A stretch of DNA of 63,967 nt, filler included, from Dimorphilus gyrociliatus (taxonomy: Eukaryota; Animalia; Annelida): NCBI GenBank assembly GCA_904063045.1. It is 4 parts of 4 records of this genome, joined end to end, with 100 filler letters (N's around TTAATTAATTAA, not from the genome) between each part and the next. Parts side by side here need not be neighbours in the genome. Positions count along the whole stretch, not along the records: positions 1 to 21,638 come from CAJFCJ010000068.1; positions 21,739 to 40,405 come from CAJFCJ010000012.1; 2 more parts are not named here. One strand, given 5' to 3'. The number at the start of each line of letters is the position of its first letter. The stretch's first letter is position 1. Positions 13,501 to 24,749 of the stretch are shown one piece after another. Under the pieces are notes generated by a model. That model was given only the letters and a program-made list of their open reading frames with translations, had not been told where the DNA came from and made no database searches. Both the position numbers and the translations under genes were made by a program.

Positions 13501-13735
13501 TCAATTTTTAAAAGCCAATTTTTGGTTGATACAAGAAATATTAACTTAATATATGCTTATCATATTGAATTTTCATATCTTTCATTATAGGCCTAAAATT
13601 CAGACAAAAAAAAAGAATGAAAAACTGATGCTCCAGACTGAATATTTTCATGAAAATTAATTTTCTGCAGCGAAAAATGTTCATCAACAAAATTAGTGAA
13701 ACAACCAAAACGTTGATTATCAGAACAATAGTCAT
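10568..13735 (-). CDS. Probable multi-exon ectodomain (signal peptide, SRCR-like and unrecognised segments) of the same GPCR
   Basis: Chain of co-oriented minus-strand ORFs; hydrophobic N-terminus MTIVLIINVLVVSLILLMNIF at 13735; SRCR-like LCNQFGF at about 12380. Confidence 0.45.
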
Positions 13736-13899
13736 TGTCTAAAGGAGTTCAAATGTCATTAAATATATTGCATACAATGCTGAATTAGGTCTGTTCAAGT
13801 CAGTTGACAAACAAAGCAGAGAGATAGGAAACTTGCTAAGAATTATAGGAATATCACTTTCATCATTCAAATGTAATAAGAATTATTAAAGAAATAGTG

Positions 13900-14060
13900 A
13901 ACTTTGGCCAACCCTTAACTTGGAGATTAAAGATGAACCTTCAGGATGACTAATGAAGATGCTTGGCCAAATGTGATTGTCTTTTTCTTGTGCAGGTTTT
14001 TAAGATGTACATTTATATGTTGAGTATAGTAATATAGTTAAGCATCAAATATAACTTTGC
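13900..14060 (+). repeat. Dispersed repeat, direct copy of about 56670-56830
   Basis: Shared ttggccaa..attaaagatga.ccttca..tgactaat..ttggccaa..ttttcttg.g.aggtttt.aagatgtacat.tatatgttg..aagcat..aatataac. Confidence 0.75.
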
Positions 14061-14479
14061 AATTCTTTAAAAAAAATGATTTTCATTGAAGTACACAATA
14101 ACTTCATGAGATTGACAGTTTTACAAGTCCAAATGTTCAACGGTCTAAGGATTAACCATCTTTAGGGGTCAACTGTCCTTTACCCACTCTTCCAACAAAT
14201 GAATATAAGAGTCATTCATATGAATATGTTGAAGATTTTTTAAATTTTTAAATAATTCTTTTTCAATAAATATAATTGGACATTTTATCATTTTTAAAAT
14301 CATTCAAGTATATTTTATAGATTTTAGTATTGGAAAAATCAAGATATCTAACATTTGTACAATTCAAGTAAAGTGATAAAAAATTTAGTTAATTAGATTT
14401 AATGTCAGTACAAGTAGCACCTTTTATATATTTCTGAAGAAGAGAGTTCCCTATTGGAAATCTTCAACCTTTTTGTAGG

Positions 14480-14745
14480 TGTAGGTTAGAAGACCCTGAT
14501 GAGTCCTTCGTATTGATCATAGAGAGGAGGACGAAATTATAGTAGGTCAAGAAGGCAGGAAAAATTCAGAAAAAAACATTTTTTTAACATTTTTGGAAAA
14601 AATGTTTTTCTATTGGAAATTTCATTAAATGTTAATTTTGGTGTTTCTTTGACTGCTTCCCAAAATCAATTGGGACTCTTTTAATGTGAGAATTCTGTTG
14701 CTCTTTTTTGGCAAAGTCAAAAAAAAACCTTAACAAACCCTAACC
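14480..14745 (+). mobile_element. Solo Penelope pLTR-like fragment, inverted copy of 55920-56205
   Basis: About 270-bp reverse-complement similarity to the segment upstream of the Penelope ORF, including the hammerhead. Confidence 0.7.
14492..14548 (+). ncRNA. Minimal type I hammerhead ribozyme
   Basis: GACC-CTGATGA-GTCCTTC-(16 nt)-GGAGGAC-GAAA-T-TATA-GTA-GGTC: complete catalytic core, stem I GACC/GGTC, 7-bp stem II, minimal stem III; predicted cleavage after GTA (14544). Confidence 0.85.
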
Positions 14746-14929
14746 TTAAGCTTCTGCAATTTAAGCATTGTCAGTCTATATTAGATTGGCAAACCCTAAC
14801 CCCAAGACCTAACCCAGCTCCCAAACCCACTTCCAAGTCAGAATATAAATTGTTTTGTGTGTGGCAAAGCCCTAACTCTAACCCAAATCCTAACCCTGAA
14901 AATTTTTGAAATGTAAACATAATTCCACA

Positions 14930-15100
14930 CTGGGTTATCTACACACACCTCTCTCCAATTTGTATCATCTTGCCAATTGGTAACAGTTCCAACAGGATAA
15001 AAATTGTCTCCTAATGTTAGGATAAAATTCAATTTATTCTCATGATCTAGCCACGCTATCAGATTAAGAGACCTTCATCCATCAGCAAAATCGATTGCTC
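14930..15100 (-). pseudogene. Isolated exon of a purple/tartrate-resistant acid phosphatase (ACP5-like)
   Basis: LNFILTLGDNFYPVG carries the GDNFY metal-binding motif; no other exons recognised nearby. Confidence 0.55.
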
Positions 15101-15675
15101 TATCGAAAATCAGAGAGAGTGAAAAATCTCCAATTAGATAAGCTGTTACAGATTTGTAATTAATTAAAAAATGTAGGCCTAAGAGTAAATCAAGTAATTA
15201 CATCAAAATAGAACTGATTGGATAATACAACAAAAGCCTAATGATTTTTTATTTAAAAAAGAAAAAAATATCAATTTTAAACTAATAGAGCAGAGGAGAA
15301 AGAGGATATTAAAGGATCTGGAAAGTGTCAAAGAATATAATATTGAAAAGATACAATTGATTAATATCATTGAAGAAAAAAGAAATAAAATGATAATATT
15401 TCAATTAATTCCGTTTTTAAAATATAATTAAGATTTTGAAGATTAAATCATGTCTTTATTTACTTTAATTTAAAAAAATCTAATCTTCTTTTCAAATTTC
15501 ATGATGAAGCATGGAATAATGTCTTCAAATGTATCCCTTAGTTATACATTTTCATACATCTAATGATTATAAATCAGCAGAAATGGAAAATTTCTTCCCT
15601 ACTTATTTTCTTACATATCCCTCATCTAGCATCCACTGAAAACATTCACAGTGGTAAGTAAAGAAATCAACTACT

Positions 15676-18600
15676 GTGAAACTATTTAGATTTTTCATCT
15701 TTTTCTCAGACAATAAAAGAATAGAATTTCAATTGGAAAATCTCAGCCAAACTGAATCATTAGTTGAAGGAATTTTAAAATTTAAACAATCTGAAAGTGG
15801 CATAAACTTTTTTTTTGAGTATGAAGATAATATTGAAATTGACAAACTGAATTATATATGTAAATTGCTTGGTTACCAATCACTCCATTCAAAATCATAT
15901 CCATTCAAAATTACCAATAAAATGGTTTCTGTTGCTAAGCTAAAATATAAGGATTCCAGATTTTCTTGCTTGTAAATTAATTAGAAATTTTGCAGTATTA
16001 TGTCAATATTGTTCTAAAATTAAAAATCACCTTATTTTAAAGACAAATTTCTAATAAATCTAATGCAGATGCAATACATCTACAGTGCCATACAAATAGT
16101 TTGTTATCATTTTTTTATTTCAAATGTTTGACATGAATGTTTTGGAAAAATTCCAGAATTATTTAGTTGTCAAATAAATCAATCTACTTATCAATTAATC
16201 TTTTTTTCAAAATTCAACATACTTTACAGTGTTCTCCCATCAAAACAACAGAAAAGAATTTTGTAGGAAAAGTGGCTTTATTATTCAAACAACATTTACC
16301 TCTGATTTAATTTCAAATGATAAAAAAATATACTTAAATTTAAAAAATAATAATAATAATTCAATATATTTTGATAAAAATTCTACAGATTTTTACAGGG
16401 TTTACTGCTCATTAAAAGAACTTGATGGTTTTTTTTCATTTATTTATAAAATAGCTTCATTGTTAGTCATTCTAGTCATAAAATTTACAGATTTAAAAAT
16501 TGTGGAATAGAGTAAAGGAAGAGAGATAGAAAAACATAAATTATCATTTATACAAGGTGACATTCCCTATTATATAAGATCCAGAACTTTTGGACCAATA
16601 CCACCAATATTCTCCAACTCAAAAAGCATTTCACTGCTTCTATACTGTAAAGCAATTTGTGCTTCTGTGGCCATGCTTCTGAAAGATTCCAACTGTAATA
16701 TAAACAGTTTAATACCAAAGGTTAGTACAAAAGAAATCATACAAACCAAGTGTATGATAACAAATATGTATAATTGAAAAAGCAAAGGATCCCCCTGTTA
16801 CATGGTTGTGAATTGGATAGTAGGAATAGGCTTATTGCATGCAAAATACAATTTTCAAGTGGTATGAGCTTTTTTTCAATTTTGAAACCAGTTTGTGAAG
16901 AAACTAAAAAAGAGGCTTGTAAGTAAGAATATATTGTGAGAAACTGGTTAAAAATTACGAAAATAACAAGACATTAAAGCATTCAGACTATTTAATAGTC
17001 CAAATAGAATATTATATCTTGGCAGCAAACATACATATGCCAATTTTAAGGGAAGATTTCAAATTAAAATTTCTAATTGGGCAAATTTCCAATATTTCTT
17101 TTATTTTAAAACTCAATTTATTTGCCAATCCTTTGGTTTTAAATATGGAACAATTGTAAGAGGAAACAATGATTATTTTAATAGACTAAATGAAGCAGAG
17201 AAGTTGCAACATGAAGAGCCATTTTTCAAAACATTTCAATGTTTGAACAATGTAACTCAGCTTTCAAATTGTAAAATTAATAAACAGTGAATAGAAACCA
17301 TGGAGTGTTTAAAGCATAACACCAAAAAAAATCTTATATCTTTCAGAGGCAACTATAACCCTGGTCCTCTATCCAAGTTAAGGTTCTTATGTTTTATTGA
17401 ATGTTCAAACAAATCTGTTAAAAGTATGAAATATTAAAGAAAAAAAAACAATATATGAAAGAAATATTGCAATTTTTCAGAATGTTTTGGTGAAGAAGTT
17501 GTAATTATTTATGATATATGTTATTATCAATTTTCTAGAGAAATTTCTCTCAGCATATTTGAAAGAATGTTGCATTGTCAAAGAAAAAATTTAACTCTGT
17601 CAAATTTTGGAATGTTTCTTAAAAATTTCATTTTAGATGTGTTAGTCACTTTTCAACCACCAAAAAAATCATCAGATACTCTGTTTAATCTTGGTGATAA
17701 GGTCACCACTGTACTTGAAGATGTCTAATCCATTGGATATGGTAAAAATTATCTTTTAGAAAAGAAGGAAGGGCATAATTTATTGTATTGCTATCTTTTT
17801 AATTAGTGTACCTAGAGCCTGAATTCTCTAAAGAGAGGATAACATATAAAACAACTAGTGTAACAACCATGGATTTACCCTTTTTCTTACATTCATCTGT
17901 GAGAAACATCCTGCTGAATAAATATTTACATCATATTTTATCATTCAGCCTCATTATGTATTTGCAAATCAGATAAATCAATTCTTTAATCATGAATCTT
18001 TTGATGATGTTTTAGAACCACATTGCCTTTCATTAAATTATCCTGTAATGTCTCTGCTTTCTTTCTTTTTATATTATGAAAAATCTATTCATTATCTTCT
18101 GTAGAGTGCAGTAGAAATGGCAAGTTTTCATTTATCTCTTGAATCTTCAGATTTTTATCAAATCTCACAGTAAGTATTCTGATCTTTGTAACCATCCCAT
18201 TCTTTGAATTGTTCTAATAGCAACTAGGGCCATGATCTTCATGAATTATCAAACTTCAAAGAGAGCTTGCCCTAACTGTTATTAAAATTAAACAGTGGTA
18301 ACCTTTTAAATTCCGTCTGATTTGTAGATATGACTTTGTCAACAATTTAGTACCAAAGTGGTTGAGTTGTCATGTAACACCTAAGGCACCAATTTTCTGT
18401 CAAAAAATCCACTGTGAATATATAATTTCAGTATAATTCTATTTTATAATTATGAATTGTTCTATTAAAGCTTTTAACAGACCAGAAGATTTTGAGCTGA
18501 TTAACAAGGTGGAAAATGGCAAACCATGGAATATATTTTACTGTTATAATAGCAATATATATATAAATACAATATATGTCTGTGATGGACTTAATGACTG

Positions 18601-19836
18601 TTTTACCAACGAAGATGAAGAGTATTGTCAATCATTTCATAAGATATATTTTCATTGTTTGACAGTTAATGAAAAAGTAGTTTATTTAAAAGTTTGCAAT
18701 TTTGAGAAAGACTGTTTTGACGGATCTTATGAAAGTCTTTGTGGTTTGTTTTTAGAATAGAAAGATTGGGAGAAAAACATTAGATTTTCTAACTGTTTCT
18801 TTTTAAATTAAATGTTTTCTCCCAAACTAACCCTTGTTTTCATTTTAAATATTGCAAACAACATAGAAAGAGGAGAATGTTTTGGAGAATTCAAGTTAGT
18901 TTCTCCTTTGCCTGCTATAAACAAATCCAATTTAAAAAAAAAATAAACAGAAAATGCCTAAATGATCAGTGTATTCCAAAAAATCAAATATACAATAATG
19001 AAAAGAACTGTTTTGATGAATCTGATGAGATTTGTCTTAAAAATAATTCTCTATTGGAACAATATGAAACAGGTATGAAATAAAGCTATTGTTGCTGAAT
19101 TATAGTAAAGTACCAACTCTACTTTTACTTAGGTTGCAATCAAGATTTTCAAATGAATTGTGGAGAATATTGCATTCCATTGTCATGGGCTAATGATGGT
19201 AAAAGAGATTGTCAATTTGATGAAAAACAAACTCGAGATATATTTCAACCAGATAGACATTCATGCTATTTTTACAAAACTTCCTTAGGATTACCAATAA
19301 CTGACTTATATTTAATTAATACAACTTGTAAAAGAACTTCTCGCCCTTATGGACAATATCTCTGCTACACTTATAATTATTGTATTTCAATTCAACAAAT
19401 ATGTGATGGATCACGTGACTGCTATTATGGTGATGATGAAAATGATTGTGATAATTTCATACCAAAAGGATATTTCAAGTGTGGAAATTAGAGATATTTC
19501 ATTATTCTTTCAAAAGTTTGTGATGGTATTGCAAATTGCTTGAATGGAAGTGATGAACTGCTTTGTTCAATAAAAAACTTTACTCACTTATCATCATCCT
19601 GTAAAGTTGTTTCAAAAGTTGAGATTTACTGTCAATTTGATAAAAATACCAAAGAGAAATCTATACTTACTAATTATGCAAAGGATTTGGAACAGTTTCA
19701 AAAAATCACAATTATTAACATGATGGAAAGCAATTTTGTAAATTCATTGATGATTCATTTGAAGTTTTTAACTGTTGAAAATAGTTTAAATATGAATTGA
19801 CTGCTGATTTATTTCCAAATTTAAGATATTTAAATC
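15676..19836 (+). pseudogene. GRL101-like receptor (SRCR-like, LDLa repeats, start of LRR), disabled and truncated by MULE insertion
   Basis: SRCR-like KGRFQIKISNW..ICQSFGF..FQCLNNVTQLSNC with in-frame TGA 17288. Several LDLa units (VCDGLNDCFTNEDEEYC; ICDGSRDCYYGDDENDC; VCDGIANCLNGSDELLC); in-frame TAG 19489-91 inside an LDLa unit; MULE terminus at about 19837. Confidence 0.7.
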
Positions 19837-21638
19837 GGGTCCAGGAGAAAACATCCACAAGAGAAAATGTCCACAGGAGAAAACGTCCACAACTGAGGAG
19901 AAAACGTCCACAAGAGAAAACATGCACAGGAGAAAACATCCACAAGAAAAAAATGTCCACAGGAGAAAACATCCACAACTGAGGAGAAAATGTCTATAGT
20001 GAAAGAGAATTTTTCTTTTTAAAACCTTTGGAGATTAAGATGAAAAGAAAAATTGAGAGAATAAATATGTAATTTGTATTTATGATATTATGATATGTTG
20101 AAAACAAAAACTAAAAACTACAAAACAAACTGCAAAAAAATTATAAAAGACTAAGTTTATAACATGGTAACAAGCTAAATGAATGAGTTATGATGCAATA
20201 TAAATGCTGGCTGCCTTTTCCAATAAATCTGATGCAGATATTAATCTGACCTCAAATTGCTCCCATAAGCCAAAGACCTGACTTTGAATTTTCTGATAAG
20301 GCTTTCTCTGTTGTCTACATATCTTTTTCTCACTTAATAATTTCTTGTACAATGTAATCAACTCTGCTTCTCTCTTTAATTCATCAATGATAACATACAA
20401 TGGAGAATTGGCATGGATATTCCTGTTTAATCTATTGTGCCATCCTTCCAGGTCATTGTTGGTTCTGATTGCTTCACCATATATTGACCAGGTATGTGGT
20501 GGGTAATATCTATATAGCCACTGGTTCTTGATGTAATCAATAAATGGTCCTAAATGAGTTGAGGTTGTCTGTTCAATGTTTTTGAATGCATTTTCAATGA
20601 TGTTTGATGGCAAAAATGGTAATGCCATTATTTTTTTCATTGCGTTGTAACACTCTCCTTTTGCCTTATATTCACAAGAGTAGCCCAATTCCTAAAAATA
20701 TTACATTTCTTAATATTTTTGCAACAGATGATGATAAAAGTTACCTGAATTTTCCTATATACAGATTGGGTCCAGTGAAAGACACATCCTTTAATTATAA
20801 CCTCAGGATAAACAGATGACCATGCTCTCCAGATACCTTTTTCAAAATCCACCACAAATTTCATTGGGAAATGTTGATTGGTCAGCTCCTTTATGGACTT
20901 TTTTAAGAATTTTAATACTTTAAAAAATTGAAATTAAAAGTATGTATACCTGATATAATTTCTTATAAGCTGTCTTTTTCTTTGATCCCATAAATGCAAA
21001 CAGTAATGGAACTTGTTTCATTTCTCCATGTTTTTTGATGAACCCATAAACTGTGAACAATTGGTAAAATGGGTCTCTGACACATTTAAATGTTCCATCC
21101 AAAAACCATATCTTTCCTTTAAACAATAGTTCAATTTGTTTTGGAGTTGAAAAAATTATTATTCTGTCATCTTTCATTTTAATATCTTTTACCAGAAACT
21201 CATCTGGTATAAATGATATTTCAAAATTTGAGTGAATATCTGTCAGCTCTTCTGGCTGAAACCTTCTTTTTGTCCAATTTGCCAACCTGGCACAGTTATC
21301 CATTGATGAAATAGCTTCTTCACAATCACAATGATGTTTTAATACTTCCTCAGCTAAGCATTTTCCAGAAGAGAAAGTTTCAATTTCACACAATTGTTTA
21401 ATTTCATTTTTAATTAAAATTTTCTTTTCCAGTCCATCTTCTCTTTTATGGGAATGGGTTTTTTTTTCAGGATAGAATTGATCTTCCAATTGGTTGACAC
21501 TTGCTGGGCATTTGTTGTTCTTATTCCCTACACTACATGTCCAAAATGTTTTTGTTGACCTTTTCATCTTTATTGTAAACATATAACCATCATAGGCTAA
21601 TAGGTCTTTACCTTTTTGACTCATTCCTTTCAGAATTT
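19837..21638 (-). mobile_element. Mutator-like (MULE) DNA transposon; left part runs into an assembly gap
   Basis: Terminus GGGTCCAGGAGAAAACATCCACA followed by about nine 16-20-bp GGAGAAAA(C/T)(A/G)TCCACA subterminal repeats (19843-19995), and a transposase gene. Confidence 0.9.
20188..21624 (-). CDS. FLYWCH-MULE DDE transposase, apparently intact, 3 exons (21624-20950, 20897-20745, 20691-20188)
   Basis: FLYWCH (SQKG..GYMF..FWTC..KCPA..THSH), FLDGTF (D1), VVDFE (D2), GCVFH (CxxH), TNNDLEGWHN (E). GT-AG introns of 52 and 53 nt give an open frame. Confidence 0.85.
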
Positions 21639-21738
21639 NNNNNNNNNNNNNNNNNNNNNNNNNNNNNNNNNNNNNNNNNNNNTTAATTAATTAANNNNNN
21701 NNNNNNNNNNNNNNNNNNNNNNNNNNNNNNNNNNNNNN
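21639..21738. other. Assembly gap with TTAATTAATTAA linker
   Basis: 100-bp N block with a six-frame stop linker; identical blocks at 40406-40505 and 58679-58778. Confidence 0.98.
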
Positions 21739-21905
21739 AAAGTTTGTCCACAAATAGTCTAACAAATGCAATTTTGGTAGAAATTAATCAACAAAACACC
21801 AGTATTTCATCCAAAGAATATGTATTGAGTAAAATGAGCTTCTAGTTCTAAACAAGCTAGTTTAAACAACTAGCTGATGGTTAGAAAACTGAACTATCAA
21901 CTGTT
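21739..21905. repeat. Dispersed repeat, inverted copy at about 47430-47590
   Basis: aagtttgtccacaaatagtct..ccagtatttcatccaaagaatatgtattgagtaaa..ttctagttcta matches the reverse complement of 47430-47590. Confidence 0.85.
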
Positions 21906-22267
21906 AATTTCGTCGGGTTTATATACTCTTTTAAAGGTTGATAGTTCACAAATTTCAATGTTCACAAAAACAAAAGTAACATTTAAAGATAAAGAAAAGT
22001 TTTAAATATTCACATGTTTTTATTGTTTTCAGTATATTTGTCATGGATTCTGTCATTTAGGTAATAAATTAATTAGTATTTCATTTGCCAATTGTTGCCT
22101 AACTGAAAGTCAATGTAATTATTTAACAGAAGCTTTATACCATTGTAAACATTTAGAATTGATTGACTTAAGTTATAATACTGAAATGGGTAACGGAATG
22201 TTAGATATTTGTACTTCTCTTCTCTTGTCATCAACAAGTATAAAGCATTTACTTACAATCATGTAAA

Positions 22268-22710
22268 TTGAATGAAGAACAAATTAAAAATCTGGGAAAT
22301 TGCTTAAGAAATTGTTCTAATATGGAACATATAGACATAAGTTTCAATATTGAAATTGGTAGTGGACGCTTTAATTTTTGTGAAGCACTTGAAAAATCTT
22401 CAAATACACTGAAAAAGCTTTACTTAAACTTGTATTCTTTGAATGAAGAACAAAGTAAAAATTTCAGAAATTTCTTTAGAAATTGTTCTAATATAGAAGT
22501 CTGGTAAATTACTTAAAGAACTGCTCAAATATTGAAGAATTGGATTTCAGCAAAAATAATGAACTGGGAAATGATATATTTAATATTTGTGAAGCATTTA
22601 AAAAATCTTCAAAGGCAATGCAATATCTATACTTGTGGTTACGTAATGTGAATAGAGATGACAAAAACAAGATTAGACATCTGTTTAGAAATTTTCAACA
22701 TTGAAAAATA
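22268..22710 (+). pseudogene. RNI-type LRR repeat fragment
   Basis: NCSNMEHIDISFNIEIGSGRFNFCEALEKSSNTLKKLYLNLYSLNEEQ repeated (NCSNIEELDFSKNNELGNDIFNICEAFKKSSKAMQYLYL) with a frameshift at about 22500. Confidence 0.7.
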
Positions 22711-23819
22711 TTTTTTTTAAAAGGGGTTACAAGAGATTTTTGTCTAAATATGTAGATTTCATCCTGAAGATTTTGTCCAAAGCTGGTTGAAAAGGCATTA
22801 ATTTGAGTATGGGAAAAACGTCCCTGGGAAAAAATGTCTTAAGGTTGGGAAAAAATGTCCCAGGGTTGGGAAAAAACGTTATAAGGAGTGGGAACTGTCA
22901 TTTGTATGGGAAAAAAATTTCTCTGTTTTCGAACTAATGGTAATGTAGTGAGAATATAATGATTAATAATTATTATATGTTTATAAAAATGTATAAAAAA
23001 CATAAAAAGCTAGGAAAGTTATACAAAATTTAAATTTACTAGAATACAAAGTATGATAAGACACTAAGAATTTTTTTGAATGGATTGATGAAATCTTCTT
23101 CAAGAGGACAGCAGATGCAATCATGCCCAATTTTTATTCATCCCAAACAGCAAATACTTGGTTCTGCATCTGGATCACACTTTGGTTCTGATACTTCTTC
23201 AGCTTTTTTTCTAATAGAAGTTTCTGTACAACTGGAATAAGACTTGATTCCTGTTTTAAAATATCTATGAGCATATAAAATGACAATTTTACAGGAGTCT
23301 TTTCATGTATTCTTCTGTGCCATCCTTCAATATCATTGTTTGGTCCTTATGGCAAGACCAAATACAGACCAACACTTTTTTGGTGTCCAAATTTAATGCT
23401 TAATCCAAGTACTTTCAATCTAATCATGTTATTAAGATCATCATTGATCACATCTGATAAACTAATGAGACAATATCTGTCACTCACACTTTTGCATGAA
23501 GAACATTTATCATCTATCATTTCTGTAATATTAAACAAAGTTAAATAAATGTATGTTTTTACATATTAAATATCACCTTTAGAGATATGATGACAAAGTG
23601 AACATTTAATTTCTTCAGTCCTCAACTTTTCTGCACAAATATTGTATAATCTTATAATATTCAATAAACCAATTCAATACAAGAGTATCAATGCTTTAAA
23701 AACAAATTAGCCTGAAAATATGCTAATAAATGTAAAATTTATGTTTCACTTACAGACAATACAATGAAATAATTCATTTCTCTTTTAATAGCATTTCATA
23801 ATTCAGAGAAAACTGGTAA

Positions 23820-24080
23820 AAACAGTTGCATTTTCTCAAATCTGCTTTTGTCATTTACAATGTTCAAAATTGATATCTTTCAAAGTGAGAGATGACTATT
23901 TCAATCCCTCAAAAACTGTTGTTATGCTATCACCTACACATTCATTTCTTCCAAAATCAAATGTTTCTATTTCAGAGCATTGTAGAAGCATGTCTCCAAT
24001 GTAACGACATTCATTTAAATTCAAATTACAACCGCGAAAATTGATGTGTTTAGAACAAACAATCATTAAGAGAATTTCAT
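23820..24080 (-). pseudogene. RNI-type LRR repeat fragment with stops
   Basis: KHINFRGCNLNLNECRYIGDMLLQCSEIETFDFGRNECVGDSITTVFEGLK*SSLTLKDINFEHCK*. Confidence 0.6.
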
Positions 24081-24304
24081 AGAAGACTCAATTCAAAAAT
24101 GAAAGCCAACTGCTCACTTTACAAACTGATAGATGCCCTTCAAATTAAGCATTTGTTTAAATGTTAGACTAGAACGCACACAATTACTCCACCTCCCTGC
24201 ATTGGAGTTTTAATCCTAAGGTTTTCCCTCTCTGGATTGAAGCTCCAGATCGGAAAATTAGCAGGCAAATTGAGGGAAAACCTACACTCATCTGAGACAA
24301 TAGT

Positions 24305-24600
24305 CTTTGTTTGGTTATAGTATCAGAACAAACAATGAAGTTGAAGCTTGGCACAGAAGATTGAAGAGCAATGTCTTAGCCAAAGGCTCTTTTTACCAAT
24401 TGGTAGATTAACTAAAAAAGGAAGCTTCCCTTATTGATGTTCATAAAAAAACTCTCATCTGAGAGAAAGTTGAAGAAACACCAAAAGAAAGAACATTTGA
24501 AATTGCAGGTTAAAATATTCAAATTATGGGATGATTATGGTTTAAGATTAATAACAGCAATGGATCTATTGGAAAAAGTATCAAATATATATGTATCATA
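24305..24600 (+). mobile_element. MULE transposase C-terminal fragment
   Basis: IRTNNEVEAWHRRLKSN..LVD*LKKEASLIDVHKKLSSERK..LWDDY..ITAMDLLEKVSNIYVS* aligns with the end of the 20188 transposase. Confidence 0.8.
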
Positions 24601-24749
24601 ACTTTTCATATTAACCTCTCTTTGTCTAACCTTGTAGTTTAATTCTTAATTTTCATAAATCTTTAACTAAACTATGCACTTCGGTCATTTCTTACTTCAA
24701 TACATTTTATATTGTAAAATTTTTTCTCTGCTAAATTCTTGTCATAGAA

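Noticed and set aside
19715-19982. ORFs 19715-19978 and 19797-19982 with repetitive peptides
   Set aside because: Translations of the MULE subterminal DNA repeats.
21639-21738. TTAATTAATTAA palindrome repeated three times in the window
   Set aside because: Artificial six-frame-stop linker inside 100-bp scaffold gaps.
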